Part shown: positions 1 to 8,553 of the stretch, piece by piece
Layout: every line of letters starts with the position of its first letter
Numbering within the stretch: position 1 is the first letter of the stretch
IMG/VR virus record: IMGVR_UViG_3300027819_000047
Location: 1-27,420 of that record
Strand: one strand, 5' to 3'
DNA from: a virus
Taxonomy: Duplodnaviria; Caudoviricetes
Length of the DNA stretch: 27,420 bases
The notes under the pieces: generated by a model
Told to the model about the DNA's origin: nothing
Database searches by the model: none
The model's input: only the letters and a program-made list of their open reading frames with translations
Made by a program: the position numbers and the translations under genes

Positions 1-57
1 GACAGCGGCGGCAACGTCATCAACCGGCGGCAAGACCAACTCAAGGTGATAGTGCAT
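1..57 (-). CDS. hypothetical protein, N-terminal part only (runs off the window edge)
   Basis: Minus strand reads AGGA RBS then ATG at 57, giving MHYHLELVLPPVDDVAAAV, open to the edge and downstream of a leftward promoter. Confidence 0.55.
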   Translation of the reverse strand, partial: MHYHLELVLPPVDDVAAAV

Positions 58-108
58 CGTATCCTTTCTGCCGCCAGCGAAGGCGGCGGGTGCGTGGTTG
101 ATGTGCGA

Positions 109-184
109 ATCTTAGCGCCATGTTTGGATGGCTGTCAAGGGGGGTATTGCAAATAGTTTCCAGATCGGATATCTTAGCGCCATG
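109..184. promoter_or_regulatory. divergent sigma70-type promoter pair with a 14-bp direct repeat (operator candidate)
   Basis: Leftward: TTGACA (138-133), 18 bp, TAAGAT (114-109). Rightward: TTGCAA (147-152), 17 bp, TATCTT (170-175). ATCTTAGCGCCATG occurs at 109-122 and 171-184, overlapping both -10 boxes. Confidence 0.65.
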
Positions 185-319
185 AATCCAGCGGCACAAG
201 CACTCGGCAGACTCGGCGGTATAGCTCGGGCGCTGAAATTATCCAAGCGGCGCAAGAAGGAAATCGCGCGTAATGCTGGCAAAGCGCCCAAACGCAAGCG
301 CAACGGCAAGCCACGATGA
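182..319 (+). CDS. small basic putative DNA-binding protein
   Basis: MNPAAQALGRLGGIARALKLSKRRKKEIARNAGKAPKRK resembles the common phage ALGRxGGxARAxKL...EIAR motif. ATG 182 lies 7 nt after the -10 box. Confidence 0.65.
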   Translation: MNPAAQALGRLGGIARALKLSKRRKKEIARNAGKAPKRKRNGKPR

Positions 320-474
320 TCGACCACGAATCCCCGCTATACGTCAGCCTGATGCGCGAATGCTGGCAATGCGCTACTCAACAAGGCCCATTCGTGCAAG
401 GCGTTCATCTCTTGTGCAATGATTGCGATGCCGGTGAGCGGCGCGAGTATGCCGAGCAGGAGCGTGATGAATGA
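316..474 (+). CDS. hypothetical 52-aa protein with two CxxC motifs
   Basis: Not in the ORF track; read manually as MIDHESPLYVSLMRECWQC...CNDCDAG...ERDE, with ATGA overlaps on both sides. Confidence 0.6.
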   Translation: MIDHESPLYVSLMRECWQCATQQGPFVQGVHLLCNDCDAGERREYAEQERDE

Positions 475-695
475 TTGAGCAGGTCGGTATTGCCATCTGT
501 GGTGTCAGCGCGGTGTTTCTCAGTCAGGATGCCCGTGAATCATGGCGCAAGTGGGCTTGCATCTTCGGCCTTGTTGGTCAACCGTTTTGGTTCTACGCCA
601 CCTATCGAGCGGAGCAATGGGGCATCTTCCTGCTGTGCTTCGTCTACGCTTATTCGTGGGGGCGCGGCCTGCGAACCTATTGGATTAAACCATGA
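471..695 (+). CDS. small membrane protein (about 3 TM, PnuC-like pattern)
   Basis: Hydrophobic, Trp-rich 74 aa (GLVGQPFWFY...QWGIF); ATGA-coupled to its neighbours. Confidence 0.7.
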   Translation: MIEQVGIAICGVSAVFLSQDARESWRKWACIFGLVGQPFWFYATYRAEQWGIFLLCFVYAYSWGRGLRTYWIKP

Positions 696-865
696 CTGCC
701 CGCAAGCTCAACGAGCCTCCGCTAGATTCAGTAATCCACCTACTCGCACAAGCCGCCGAGATAGCGCGCAAGAATCGGCTGCGTGTTGGCGTGCGCGTGC
801 CGATTGCTTATGCTGTGTGGGCGGCGCTGGATGAGGAAGAACGGCAGCGGAAGGGGCGCAAATGA
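692..865 (+). CDS. hypothetical 57-aa protein
   Basis: Read manually as MTARKLNEPPLDSVIHLLAQAAEIARKN...RKGRK; ATGA overlaps at 692 and 862 fill the operon gap exactly. Confidence 0.6.
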   Translation: MTARKLNEPPLDSVIHLLAQAAEIARKNRLRVGVRVPIAYAVWAALDEEERQRKGRK

Positions 866-1140
866 GCGAGCGCATCAAGGTTGGCGATCTGGTGATGATC
901 GTGCGCGGGCATGAGTGCGTTATGAACTTATACCAAGGTGTTATTTTTACGGTGACAGGGTTTGTGCAACCGCGTTTTGGCGGATGGCATTGCGCTCGGT
1001 GCGGCAGAGACAATGCAGGCGGGAACGAAGCGGCTGCGACAGGATTCCACAAAGCTCATGCGCCGATTTCGTGGCTCAAGAAAATCCCGCCGCTGACCGA
1101 ACCTGAAACCGTCGAGCGCAAAGAGGAATTGCCAGCATGA
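862..1140 (+). CDS. hypothetical phage protein
   Basis: Translationally coupled ORF with an IKVGDLVMIVRG N-terminus and one CxxC. Confidence 0.65.
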   Translation: MSERIKVGDLVMIVRGHECVMNLYQGVIFTVTGFVQPRFGGWHCARCGRDNAGGNEAAATGFHKAHAPISWLKKIPPLTEPETVERKEELPA

Positions 1141-1352
1141 CGCCAAGTGAAATCCTAGAACTGAAGGCATACGCCGCCGTGGTCTACCGCGAGCGCGCAG
1201 AGATTGAGGGCCGGTGCAGATCGAAGGCAGCGTTTGGTACCCGAGCGCAAGCCGAGCGCACCATTCGCAGAGTAGCTCGAAAGGCTGGCGTCGTCGCTTA
1301 CAAGTGTCAATTCGCGGATCACTGGCATGTTGGGTCTAGGGGCGTGCGGTGA
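1137..1352 (+). CDS. hypothetical phage protein, possible Zn-binding
   Basis: C..K..F...A motif and YKCQFADHWHVG; coupled to neighbours. Confidence 0.65.
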   Translation: MTPSEILELKAYAAVVYRERAEIEGRCRSKAAFGTRAQAERTIRRVARKAGVVAYKCQFADHWHVGSRGVR

Positions 1353-2227
1353 GTAAGTGGGTTGGCGGTCTTGCCGAATGGGACGATGGCGATACCCGTT
1401 TCCTATCTGTAGCATTCACTTGGAAACTTGAGGAAGCTTACGAGCGCGCTGTTTTTGCCCGCGAATGCGGAATGAAAGTTGTCGCTGGTGGCCCCGCGCT
1501 TTATCTAAAGACCATGAAACACAGGCTTGAGGATGTGGCCGAAATCCGCAAAGAGTATCCTGACGCTATTGCTCATCAAAATCCATCTGCGACTATTGCA
1601 AGTCGCGGCTGTCCTGTCGGTTGCTGGTTCTGCATTGTCCCAAAGATGGAGGGCAAGAAGTTCACGCTGATACCTGACTTTCCAGTGCGCCCCATCTTGT
1701 GCGACAACAACCTTTCGGCGCTTCCTATTGACTACCAAAAGCACATCATCTCCCGTTACATCGGAGAAGGCGTGCCATTGCTTGACGCAAATAGCGGATT
1801 CGAGCCGCGCACGTTCACGGAGGAAGTTTACAGATTGTGGAAACCTATCAATCGCGGGCCTTGGCGCTTCGCTTTCGACGATTTCGAGGAAGCGGTAGAC
1901 GTGATGTATGTGTTCGAAATGCTCAAGGATGAACCGCCTAGCAAGAAGCGCGTCTATGTGCTAATCGGAAACGAACCATACGCCGAGTGCATGGCGAGGG
2001 TTTGTTCAGTAATTTCGCATGGTTGCGAGCCGCACGTTCAGCCGTTTATCAAACTCAACGCATTGCAGCGAGAGCCTCACGTTAAATTCGATTGGACAGC
2101 GCAGAAGTTAAAAGACGTTGCACGATGGGCAAACGGGTTCGTGTGGAGAAAGGCACCGTTTGAGGACTATTCGCGCTCAATGAAAACCGCAGAAGTCTAC
2201 GACGAGCAACAGGGGCTATTCGCATGA
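1349..2227 (+). CDS. radical SAM superfamily protein
   Basis: SRGCPVGCWFCIVPKMEG is a CxxxCxxC motif; DNN motif; N-terminal SVAFTW/AGGPA resembles a reduced B12-binding-like domain. Confidence 0.85.
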   Translation: MSKWVGGLAEWDDGDTRFLSVAFTWKLEEAYERAVFARECGMKVVAGGPALYLKTMKHRLEDVAEIRKEYPDAIAHQNPSATIASRGCPVGCWFCIVPKMEGKKFTLIPDFPVRPILCDNNLSALPIDYQKHIISRYIGEGVPLLDANSGFEPRTFTEEVYRLWKPINRGPWRFAFDDFEEAVDVMYVFEMLKDEPPSKKRVYVLIGNEPYAECMARVCSVISHGCEPHVQPFIKLNALQREPHVKFDWTAQKLKDVARWANGFVWRKAPFEDYSRSMKTAEVYDEQQGLFA

Positions 2228-2868
2228 CCTCCCGCAACTCCTGGACGCTGGCATTTTCAAAGCTGCACGTCGAGCCGCAGGGCGCGAGAAGGATTAACGG
2301 CGTCATGTCGAGCAAGCCTGACCCGTTGCCAAATGGCCCGGAAGTGACTGTACCGTCTGGAAAGCGCGGCAGGCAAAAGGTAGGGCGACCGCAGTCCGTT
2401 GCACCCCTTAACCCATCCAGTGAGCGGCAGTCGTGGGGATTGCGGCTGATCCTGCCATACCCGCCATCGGTTAACCACTACTGGCTGCTCAACCGCAACG
2501 GCTCCCGGCGCATATCGGCGGCAGGCGAGGCATTCAGGCTAGCGGTCAAGCTCTTGCCGCTGGTGCAGACCTTCCGGGGATTGGTCGCGGTCAGGATCAC
2601 GGCTTGCCCACCGGACAAGCGGAGGCGCGATCTTGATAACCTGCTAAAGTCACTTCTTGACGCGCTGCAACATGCCGGGATCATTGCCGATGACTCGAAC
2701 GTGGTCGATCTGCACGTCGTCCGTGGTGCGTACCGGCAGGGCGGAAGCTGCGAGGTCGAGGTCAGGGCTGCAAATGGGGTGTCAAACACCCTTCAGGACG
2801 TTCAGGAACCCCGGCAAACAGGGGGTAGGCGCGTCGCAATGGCAGGTCAGGCTATCCCCATAGCCTGA
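2224..2868 (+). CDS. rusA: RusA family Holliday junction resolvase (start uncertain, long N-terminal extension)
   Basis: LPYPPSVNHYW and PPDKRRRDLDNLLKSLLDALQHAGIIADDSNV are RusA signature motifs. Confidence 0.88.
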   Translation: MTSRNSWTLAFSKLHVEPQGARRINGVMSSKPDPLPNGPEVTVPSGKRGRQKVGRPQSVAPLNPSSERQSWGLRLILPYPPSVNHYWLLNRNGSRRISAAGEAFRLAVKLLPLVQTFRGLVAVRITACPPDKRRRDLDNLLKSLLDALQHAGIIADDSNVVDLHVVRGAYRQGGSCEVEVRAANGVSNTLQDVQEPRQTGGRRVAMAGQAIPIA

Positions 2869-2905
2869 AAACAGCGTTTTGGCCGAATTAGGGCTGTTTC
2901 AGGCC
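2863..2905. repeat. inverted repeat at the end of rusA
   Basis: GCCTGAAAACAGC and GCTGTTTCAGGC are complementary apart from one bulged A. Confidence 0.55.
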
Positions 2906-2932
2906 AGCGCGCGCGGCAACCATGAAACCCCG

Positions 2933-2961
2933 TTGACTTCCGCTATCCACCGGCATATAAA
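2933..2961 (+). promoter_or_regulatory. near-consensus sigma70 promoter
   Basis: TTGACT (2933-2938), 17 bp, TATAAA (2956-2961). Confidence 0.75.
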
Positions 2962-2964
2962 ACA

Positions 2965-3270
2965 ACTGCGGCCCAGGGTGACTCGCCCCAGGCCGCGTAA
3001 TCCTGATTGCTCTGGCGGAGCGAATCAAGACCTTAGAAACAGTCTAAACGCAAACCACCGCCATAGTCAAGCAGGCGCTCAAGTCGTCGGGGACTCACCG
3101 GCAGGGCTTGAGGGATACCCCGAACTGTGGGCTAGGTCTGAGATACGGGGTAGGGTGGCGAAGGCAGCGCCCTTGACCGAACGGCTACCGGGTAAGCGCG
3201 GCTCCGAAGGGAACGTGTTTTGAAGGCGACCTAGTCATGGGCTGGCTAGGTTTCGCTCACCAAAGGGAAC
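2965..3270 (+). ncRNA. candidate structured RNA of unknown family
   Basis: Starts just after the promoter and contains a run of hairpins: 2968-73/2991-96, 3004-12/3018-27, 3033-37/3043-47, 3078-83/3107-12, 3116-22/3146-52, 3152-57/3168-73, 3229-37/3243-51. No convincing ORF. Confidence 0.55.
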
Positions 3271-3283
3271 CATCCTTGAAACC

Positions 3284-3556
3284 ATGATCACTCTACCAGA
3301 CAAGCCGAGATTCAGATCACCCTGCAACGGCTGCGGGAAATGTTGCGCGCTTGAAATTTGCGAAGTCGGCGCGATGGCTTTCCCCGGCGCGTCTGCTCCA
3401 TGCCCTGCCTTGAAATTGACGCCAGATCACACTCGAACTTATTGCGAACTGGTAGCGATAGAAATTCACGCGAACATGGAGCCATTGATTCAGCGCGGGC
3501 TAGGGATTGGCGATGGCTGCACGATGGAAGATGAGGCAACTTCAAAGGCGGCGTGA
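3284..3556 (+). CDS. CxxCxxCC cysteine-cluster protein (YkgJ-like, Zn or Fe-S binding)
   Basis: PCNGCGKCC...C...CPAL...C...C pattern. Confidence 0.7.
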   Translation: MITLPDKPRFRSPCNGCGKCCALEICEVGAMAFPGASAPCPALKLTPDHTRTYCELVAIEIHANMEPLIQRGLGIGDGCTMEDEATSKAA

Positions 3557-3565
3557 TCCTGCATC

Positions 3566-3706
3566 CTACCTCCCTGCATAAATCGCCCGCACAATCCATC
3601 GCCGCGCCACCTGAATCTTAGCCGCGACCGCCAGTGTGAGCATGTCCCAGCCGATGGCTATGCCCGTGCAGCATTTCAGGGCGAGCGTGAGGCAGTAGAT
3701 TCTCAT
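3566..3706 (-). CDS. hypothetical small protein
   Basis: MRIYCLTLALKCC...; the ATG overlaps the stop of the upstream ORF. Last gene of the leftward operon. Confidence 0.45.
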   Translation of the reverse strand: MRIYCLTLALKCCTGIAIGWDMLTLAVAAKIQVARRWIVRAIYAGR

Positions 3707-3822
3707 ACCACCGCCAGCGCCGCCACCATCATTATCACGCCGATGACTACCAGCGCATCGACCCACGTATCGCGGCGAGGGTGGAGCCATGCCTTGCTTG
3801 CGTGGTCGGTCATGTGCATCAT
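3703..3822 (-). CDS. small single-TM protein (39 aa)
   Basis: Read manually as MMHMTDHASKAWLHPRRDTWVDALVVIGVIMMVAALAVV, with ATGA overlaps at both ends. Confidence 0.55.
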   Translation of the reverse strand: MMHMTDHASKAWLHPRRDTWVDALVVIGVIMMVAALAVV

Positions 3823-4010
3823 GGTAGTATCCTCCGTGTCGCGTGCTGCCGTATCAATTCCCATTTTTGCGCCATCAATGTGAAGTATGAAGCTGCCGCA
3901 TGGTTAGATATTTCGGTCGCCTTGATAGCGCAGCAGTAATACTTCACGCGTTCACTGGCGGCGCGGTCTGCCAAATCGTGAAGCTGGATTACTCGGTGAG
4001 TGCTGATCAT
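3819..4010 (-). CDS. hypothetical protein
   Basis: 63-aa ORF coupled by ATGA overlaps. Confidence 0.6.
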   Translation of the reverse strand: MISTHRVIQLHDLADRAASERVKYYCCAIKATEISNHAAASYFTLMAQKWELIRQHATRRILP

Positions 4011-4258
4011 GGCCGCTTGTCCTTTTCGATGCGGGTGAGTAGGGCGCGGGCTTGGTCGAGTATTTCCACTTCGCTGTCATCGTAAATGTGCGGATTGTCG
4101 CCGTCCTCAAAGCGCAGGACAGCGGCAAGCATATCCCGCAACTCCCCAATCTGCTGCCGGGCTAATTGCAATTCATACCATATCCGGTCGGAGCGCATCT
4201 CGGGCTTGAATGGCTGACTGGCGATTGCGGTCACTCTGTTGAAGGTTTCGGCGCTCAC
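4007..4258 (-). CDS. hypothetical protein
   Basis: GTG at 4258 overlaps the exonuclease stop and follows a GGAGG RBS; reads MSAETFNRVTAIA... Confidence 0.65.
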   Translation of the reverse strand: MSAETFNRVTAIASQPFKPEMRSDRIWYELQLARQQIGELRDMLAAVLRFEDGDNPHIYDDSEVEILDQARALLTRIEKDKRP

Positions 4259-5943
4259 GCCGCCCTCCGTTGCGCCCGTTCGATGCAGGCTAAACATGCC
4301 TTTGCCAAAGCTGAATATTTCTTGTCAGCTTTGATCCTTTCATACAGCGCGAGGATGAGATTGTCCGTGTCTAACCCGCGTTGACGTTCGGCTTCGGCGG
4401 TACGAGCTTCAACATTCAGCCGGTCGGATTCTTCTTGCGCGGCTTTGCGCTCGGCTTGCAGGCGGGATTCTTCTGCGGCAAGAGCGTCTTGGATACGTCT
4501 GTCCTCGGCTTCTTGTTCGGCGCGGTCCTGCGCGACTTTGGCGTAGATCTCGGCTTGGGCTTCCGCTGCCGCGCGCTTGGCGGCTTCTTCGGCTTCGCGC
4601 TGCGCCTTGGCCTGTTCCTCTTGCCTGATCTTCTCGCGCTCGGCTTCGAGCCGTTCGGCTTCGGCCGCCTTGTGTTCCGCGATCCGCAGCTTCGCCAGAT
4701 TGGTAAGGTCGTCCGGCTCCTTCAATACCAGTTGTGCGGTGTCGGAAAACAGAAACTTGTAATCCGCCGCCAGCTCGCGCAGGGTCTTGAGATTCAGGCC
4801 GATCTTGCCGGCAATAGTCGTTGCTTCGATTGTCGCGCGGGCAAGCTCGGTATCAACCGCATCTTTCAAGCTGGCAACCGTCTTTTTCCCCTTGATCACC
4901 CCGGCGAAGTCGACGTTGATCTGTGGCATATAGGGCTTGCCGAATACTTGGTTGTGCAGGTTGATGCGCTCGGCAAGCGCGTCCCTGCCTGCCTGCACAA
5001 TCTCCACTCTGATCGAATCCTTCCTTGCAGCTACCAGCTTGGTCAGCATCAGTCTGGTAGACCGTGCCTGACCTGCGTACAGAGCTACAGTCCTTCTCAT
5101 TTCGTCTACCGAGGCTACCTGCGCCAGAGCGGAGCTTTCGGCGGCTTCCAGAGCGTTCTGCGCGGTTTCGAGCGTCTTGATTGCTTGTTCAGCATCGGCA
5201 AATTCTTGATCGCTTGACGGTGACTTTGGCAACCGCTCGATAAACGCGGTCAGCTTCTCGCCGAACACCTTGAGATTGTCGGTCAGGGTGATGGCTCCGT
5301 TGACCTGTATCGACAGCGCCGGCAGCGCCATGACCGGCGCCGCGGTGACTGGCGGCAGGACTTCGGCCGGCTTGAATTCCGCCAGATCCTGATGGAACAT
5401 TGCCCATCCGGCTTTGATGCGATCCATCCATTTCCCGTGTGGAGACACGAACATATGCACGCAGTTATCCGGTGTTCCGTCGCTCACCATGAACAGCACT
5501 CTATTAGCCCCGGTAACCATCATTATCTGTTGGCATTGCGGCTGATGTTCTTCTGGTAACTCACCACGGCTTACTGAGGCAGCAAGGGCTGCGGCCCATT
5601 GCTTGTGTTCCCACGCGGTGAGCCCATCCATCGTGAGCCCGTCCGTAGACGCGCGGAGTTTCCCGTAAGTGTAGGTAGCGGGGTAAAGTTCCTCACCGAG
5701 TATTTCTTCCGCCATCGGACGCGCCAGCGCCTCGACCTTATGACCGTGGTCCAGAATTTTATCCTGAACGAAATCGCTGAATTCCTTGGCGATGCCTGTT
5801 GACTTCGCGCGCAGCAACTCGGTGCGCGTCGTGTTTTTCGACAGGCCGAGCATTGCCGCTGCCTCGCTCGCGCCGTCCGTTTCAAGCAGCAAGGTCTGCC
5901 ACTTGGGTTCGCCTTGAATCAGTTCGTGCTGGATGCGTTCCAT
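4255..5943 (-). CDS. YqaJ/lambda-exonuclease-like recombination nuclease with a long coiled-coil C-terminus
   Basis: GASEAAAMLG, GHKVEALAR, ASTDGL, WEHK and QCQQIMMVTGA motifs; AAGGAG RBS; Ala/Glu/Arg-rich helical tail. Confidence 0.88.
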   Translation of the reverse strand: MERIQHELIQGEPKWQTLLLETDGASEAAAMLGLSKNTTRTELLRAKSTGIAKEFSDFVQDKILDHGHKVEALARPMAEEILGEELYPATYTYGKLRASTDGLTMDGLTAWEHKQWAAALAASVSRGELPEEHQPQCQQIMMVTGANRVLFMVSDGTPDNCVHMFVSPHGKWMDRIKAGWAMFHQDLAEFKPAEVLPPVTAAPVMALPALSIQVNGAITLTDNLKVFGEKLTAFIERLPKSPSSDQEFADAEQAIKTLETAQNALEAAESSALAQVASVDEMRRTVALYAGQARSTRLMLTKLVAARKDSIRVEIVQAGRDALAERINLHNQVFGKPYMPQINVDFAGVIKGKKTVASLKDAVDTELARATIEATTIAGKIGLNLKTLRELAADYKFLFSDTAQLVLKEPDDLTNLAKLRIAEHKAAEAERLEAEREKIRQEEQAKAQREAEEAAKRAAAEAQAEIYAKVAQDRAEQEAEDRRIQDALAAEESRLQAERKAAQEESDRLNVEARTAEAERQRGLDTDNLILALYERIKADKKYSALAKACLACIERAQRRAA

Positions 5944-6066
5944 CGTTTCTCCTTGAAATGGGTGGGGCTCAGGGCGTTGTAACCGATATGACCAAGCTCG
6001 CTTGCCGTGGCCCTTGGTTCGCTTATTGGCAGATGCCGGCGCAGGCCCGCTGTTGCCCCATGATCG

Positions 6067-7047
6067 TTATTGCGCCGCCAGTTCCGCGCGCCGGTCCTGA
6101 TATGCCTTTGCCAGTTCATTCTGTCTGTCCTGGCCTTCGATGCCACCGATCAAAGACGCGTCCGCGTCTAGCATATCAACGTCCCTGCCAGTTTTCAGAC
6201 GCGCAAGCAGCGCCTCGTAGTTGATTGCCGGGGCGCCAGTCTTAACCTCACCCGTGTCCGTGTCTACCGTAGCTTTCTTCACGGCCATGATTTCTTTCTT
6301 CTGCGCGTCGGACAGCACGGCTTTGCTGGATACCGTCGTAATTATCTGCTCGCCGGTTTTCTTGCCGTCCTGAATCAGTTTGGTCCATGTCGGCAGGTTC
6401 TTGGTGAACGCTTCGGCGGGGTAGGGCTGCGGGCCGGTGGGTTGTTGTTCCTGCGTTTCGTCCTCGTCGTGCCGCAATTCAGCCGGCAAATCTTCAATGT
6501 CTTGCGTAAATATGTCGCTCGCCGCGGTGACGTTCAGCGTCATGGCGATCTTCGCGCGCTTGCACGCCATCTTCAGGATGGTATTCGCCTGGTCCGCTGA
6601 TTCTGTCCTGATCTGCGCCGTCTTGCTCACCTTGCCCTGATACTTCTTGAACTTCACGCGCCGCAGGTTTTCTGGAGTCGCCTCGAATTCTTCGTCGCAT
6701 AGCGCGCCGCGCCACTTGTATTTTTCCTCGTGGGATGAACATTCGCCCATTCCCTCCCCGAGCACGATGCCGGTCCCTTGATGCGTGCCGATACACCGAA
6801 CACGGAACCGCGCCATGCCGTCAACGGTCAGGTCTGAAATATCATATTTGTCGGCAATGCGGAATGTCGCGCAAAGCACTTCGGCACCGGCCTTATAGAG
6901 CGTCGGCTTCTGAGTTCCCGGAATTACCCCGTAGTGCATTTCCTTCTTCATGACAGCCTTCATGACTTCCTGCACCAGATTGACCTGCGCCCGCATATCG
7001 GCAGCGGTCAACACCCGGCTTTCCTTGTATTCAACGATATCAGTCAT
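6067..7047 (-). CDS. putative single-strand annealing protein (recombinase partner of the exonuclease)
   Basis: HYGVIPGTQKPTLYKAGAE and NTILKMACKRA...ASDIFTQDIED motifs; position directly upstream of the YqaJ-like gene; AAGGAG RBS. Confidence 0.7.
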   Translation of the reverse strand: MTDIVEYKESRVLTAADMRAQVNLVQEVMKAVMKKEMHYGVIPGTQKPTLYKAGAEVLCATFRIADKYDISDLTVDGMARFRVRCIGTHQGTGIVLGEGMGECSSHEEKYKWRGALCDEEFEATPENLRRVKFKKYQGKVSKTAQIRTESADQANTILKMACKRAKIAMTLNVTAASDIFTQDIEDLPAELRHDEDETQEQQPTGPQPYPAEAFTKNLPTWTKLIQDGKKTGEQIITTVSSKAVLSDAQKKEIMAVKKATVDTDTGEVKTGAPAINYEALLARLKTGRDVDMLDADASLIGGIEGQDRQNELAKAYQDRRAELAAQ

Positions 7048-7115
7048 TCAAATCTCCTTGTTGATAAAGTAATTCCAACTCCCGCGCCGCCTCGCCGTCA
7101 CTTCTCCAGTCGGGT

Positions 7116-7361
7116 CTAGCGTTCATTTTCGTGGACTAATGCATACAATGTGTTTTTCGTCTGCGCTAATCCAACGTCACGGCGCAACCATGTAACTGGC
7201 GAAGTATGGACATACTCGCCGTCTGGTACGTAGGGATGGTTGTAAACCGTGCCACTTAAATGAGTGCTGTGATCGGTCCAACCTTCAAGCCTCGGAAGTT
7301 TGGAAATATCATCCGGGACTTCTGAATCGACGGGTTTGACAATCACGGCCATGTTCATCAT
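7116..7361 (-). CDS. hypothetical protein (DUF6634-like)
   Basis: LEGW...LSGTVYNHP..PDGEYVHTSPV...TKNTLYAL pattern. Confidence 0.6.
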   Translation of the reverse strand: MMNMAVIVKPVDSEVPDDISKLPRLEGWTDHSTHLSGTVYNHPYVPDGEYVHTSPVTWLRRDVGLAQTKNTLYALVHENER

Positions 7362-8038
7362 TTCCCCTTCCGTTTCGCCGCACGTTCAAAATTACGCTCA
7401 TACTCAGATGGCGATTTGCTCGTTTTATATGGGCCACGTTTTTTTCCTAGACGAGCTGCGGCCATATTTGCCCGAGCTTCCGGGGTGTGTTTGTAACCAA
7501 GGCAATTCTTATTTCCAATTTTTACAATCGACATATTTATTCTAGCTTTGTCAGAATACCTGCCGCGTTTTCTTCCAATCTTCGCTGCTGAGTGATTTGC
7601 AAGATGTTCCGGGGAGAACGATTTGCCAAGGAGCGCGGAAGATATTTTCTTGCGCGCCTCGTCAGAATGACGATAACCCAAGCCGTTTTGATTTCCGCGC
7701 ATCGCATCAGCCATCATTGATCTATATTCAGCCGAACGAATTACTCCTTTGGGCGAACTGGAAGACAGATAGATATTGTAATCCGGAAGAAAGCCGTGGA
7801 TGCACCGCTGCTCTTGAAACAGCAATTGCTCCTTTGGGCACGGCAATATGATGCGGAAAATGAATGATCCCTCTCCGTGGTCACTCCAATCTTTCTGCAA
7901 TCTATGATTGGCGTGTCGAGCGCTCCTAAGCATGTGAAGATGTGTTCTCCATCTACCGGGACAGTCATTGGACGAGCCTATATACCGTTTCCCGTTCACG
8001 GTATTGAAAATCTCGTAGACTCCGCTTTGGTTGTTCAT
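7358..8038 (-). CDS. free-standing GIY-YIG homing endonuclease with NUMOD3-like repeats
   Basis: SGVYEIFNTVNGKRYIGSS catalytic motif; repeats such as GYRHSDEARKKIS and GYKHTPEARANMA. Confidence 0.9.
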   Translation of the reverse strand: MNNQSGVYEIFNTVNGKRYIGSSNDCPGRWRTHLHMLRSARHANHRLQKDWSDHGEGSFIFRIILPCPKEQLLFQEQRCIHGFLPDYNIYLSSSSPKGVIRSAEYRSMMADAMRGNQNGLGYRHSDEARKKISSALLGKSFSPEHLANHSAAKIGRKRGRYSDKARINMSIVKIGNKNCLGYKHTPEARANMAAARLGKKRGPYKTSKSPSEYERNFERAAKRKGK

Positions 8039-8045
8039 GGCAGAA

Positions 8046-8255
8046 CTATTTCAGCTTCTTCTTCGCAAGTTTTTCGGCATATACACGCTGTCTTACCGCC
8101 ATATCGAAACAGGCCGCCAACGATACATACTCGGTCTGCCGGCAACGTTCCTGCCTGAGTCCTAGTAAATCGCCGGGTTCCAAGCTCACCATGATGCGTC
8201 TACCACGATGGATACCGATGGTGCGGCGGGATACACGTTTTTTGAGGTCGGTCAT
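8046..8255 (-). CDS. hypothetical basic protein
   Basis: 69-aa ORF in the leftward operon. Confidence 0.65.
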   Translation of the reverse strand: MTDLKKRVSRRTIGIHRGRRIMVSLEPGDLLGLRQERCRQTEYVSLAACFDMAVRQRVYAEKLAKKKLK

Positions 8256-8362
8256 GATTGCGTCCCAATGATTAAAATTCCTGCGATTACTACTGCGATG
8301 CAGAAAGCAATCAACACGATTACATTGCGCGATCTCTTTTGTTTTGTATCATGGATGCTCAT
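8252..8362 (-). CDS. small single-TM protein (36 aa)
   Basis: Read manually as MSIHDTKQKRSRNVIVLIAFCIAVVIAGILIIGTQS, with ATGA overlaps at both ends. Confidence 0.6.
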   Translation of the reverse strand: MSIHDTKQKRSRNVIVLIAFCIAVVIAGILIIGTQS

Positions 8363-8553
8363 TCCGCGAGAGCCTTCACAATATCTTTATGTTTCGCATA
8401 TGCAACGAGACCGAATGCACGCTTCTCCGCTGGATCATGCGCCATACCTTCCGCCCTGAATCGTGCGGTGAGTTTTGCATAAAGCCGCAGGCGATCACGG
8501 ATAATCGTATCCTCACGATTATTGTTGCGCTTTGGAACATTGCCGAGACTCAT
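8359..8553 (-). CDS. hypothetical protein, first gene of the leftward operon
   Basis: GAGG RBS before ATG at 8553 (MSLGNVPKRN...). Confidence 0.6.
   Translation of the reverse strand: MSLGNVPKRNNNREDTIIRDRLRLYAKLTARFRAEGMAHDPAEKRAFGLVAYAKHKDIVKALAE

Noticed and set aside
2879-3223. 114-aa ORF downstream of rusA
   Set aside because: TTG start without an RBS, spans a strong promoter and many hairpins, and has no recognisable motif.
4381-5217. 278-aa plus-strand ORF rich in Phe, Gly and Leu
   Set aside because: Antisense shadow of the Glu/Ala/Lys-rich coiled coil of the exonuclease.
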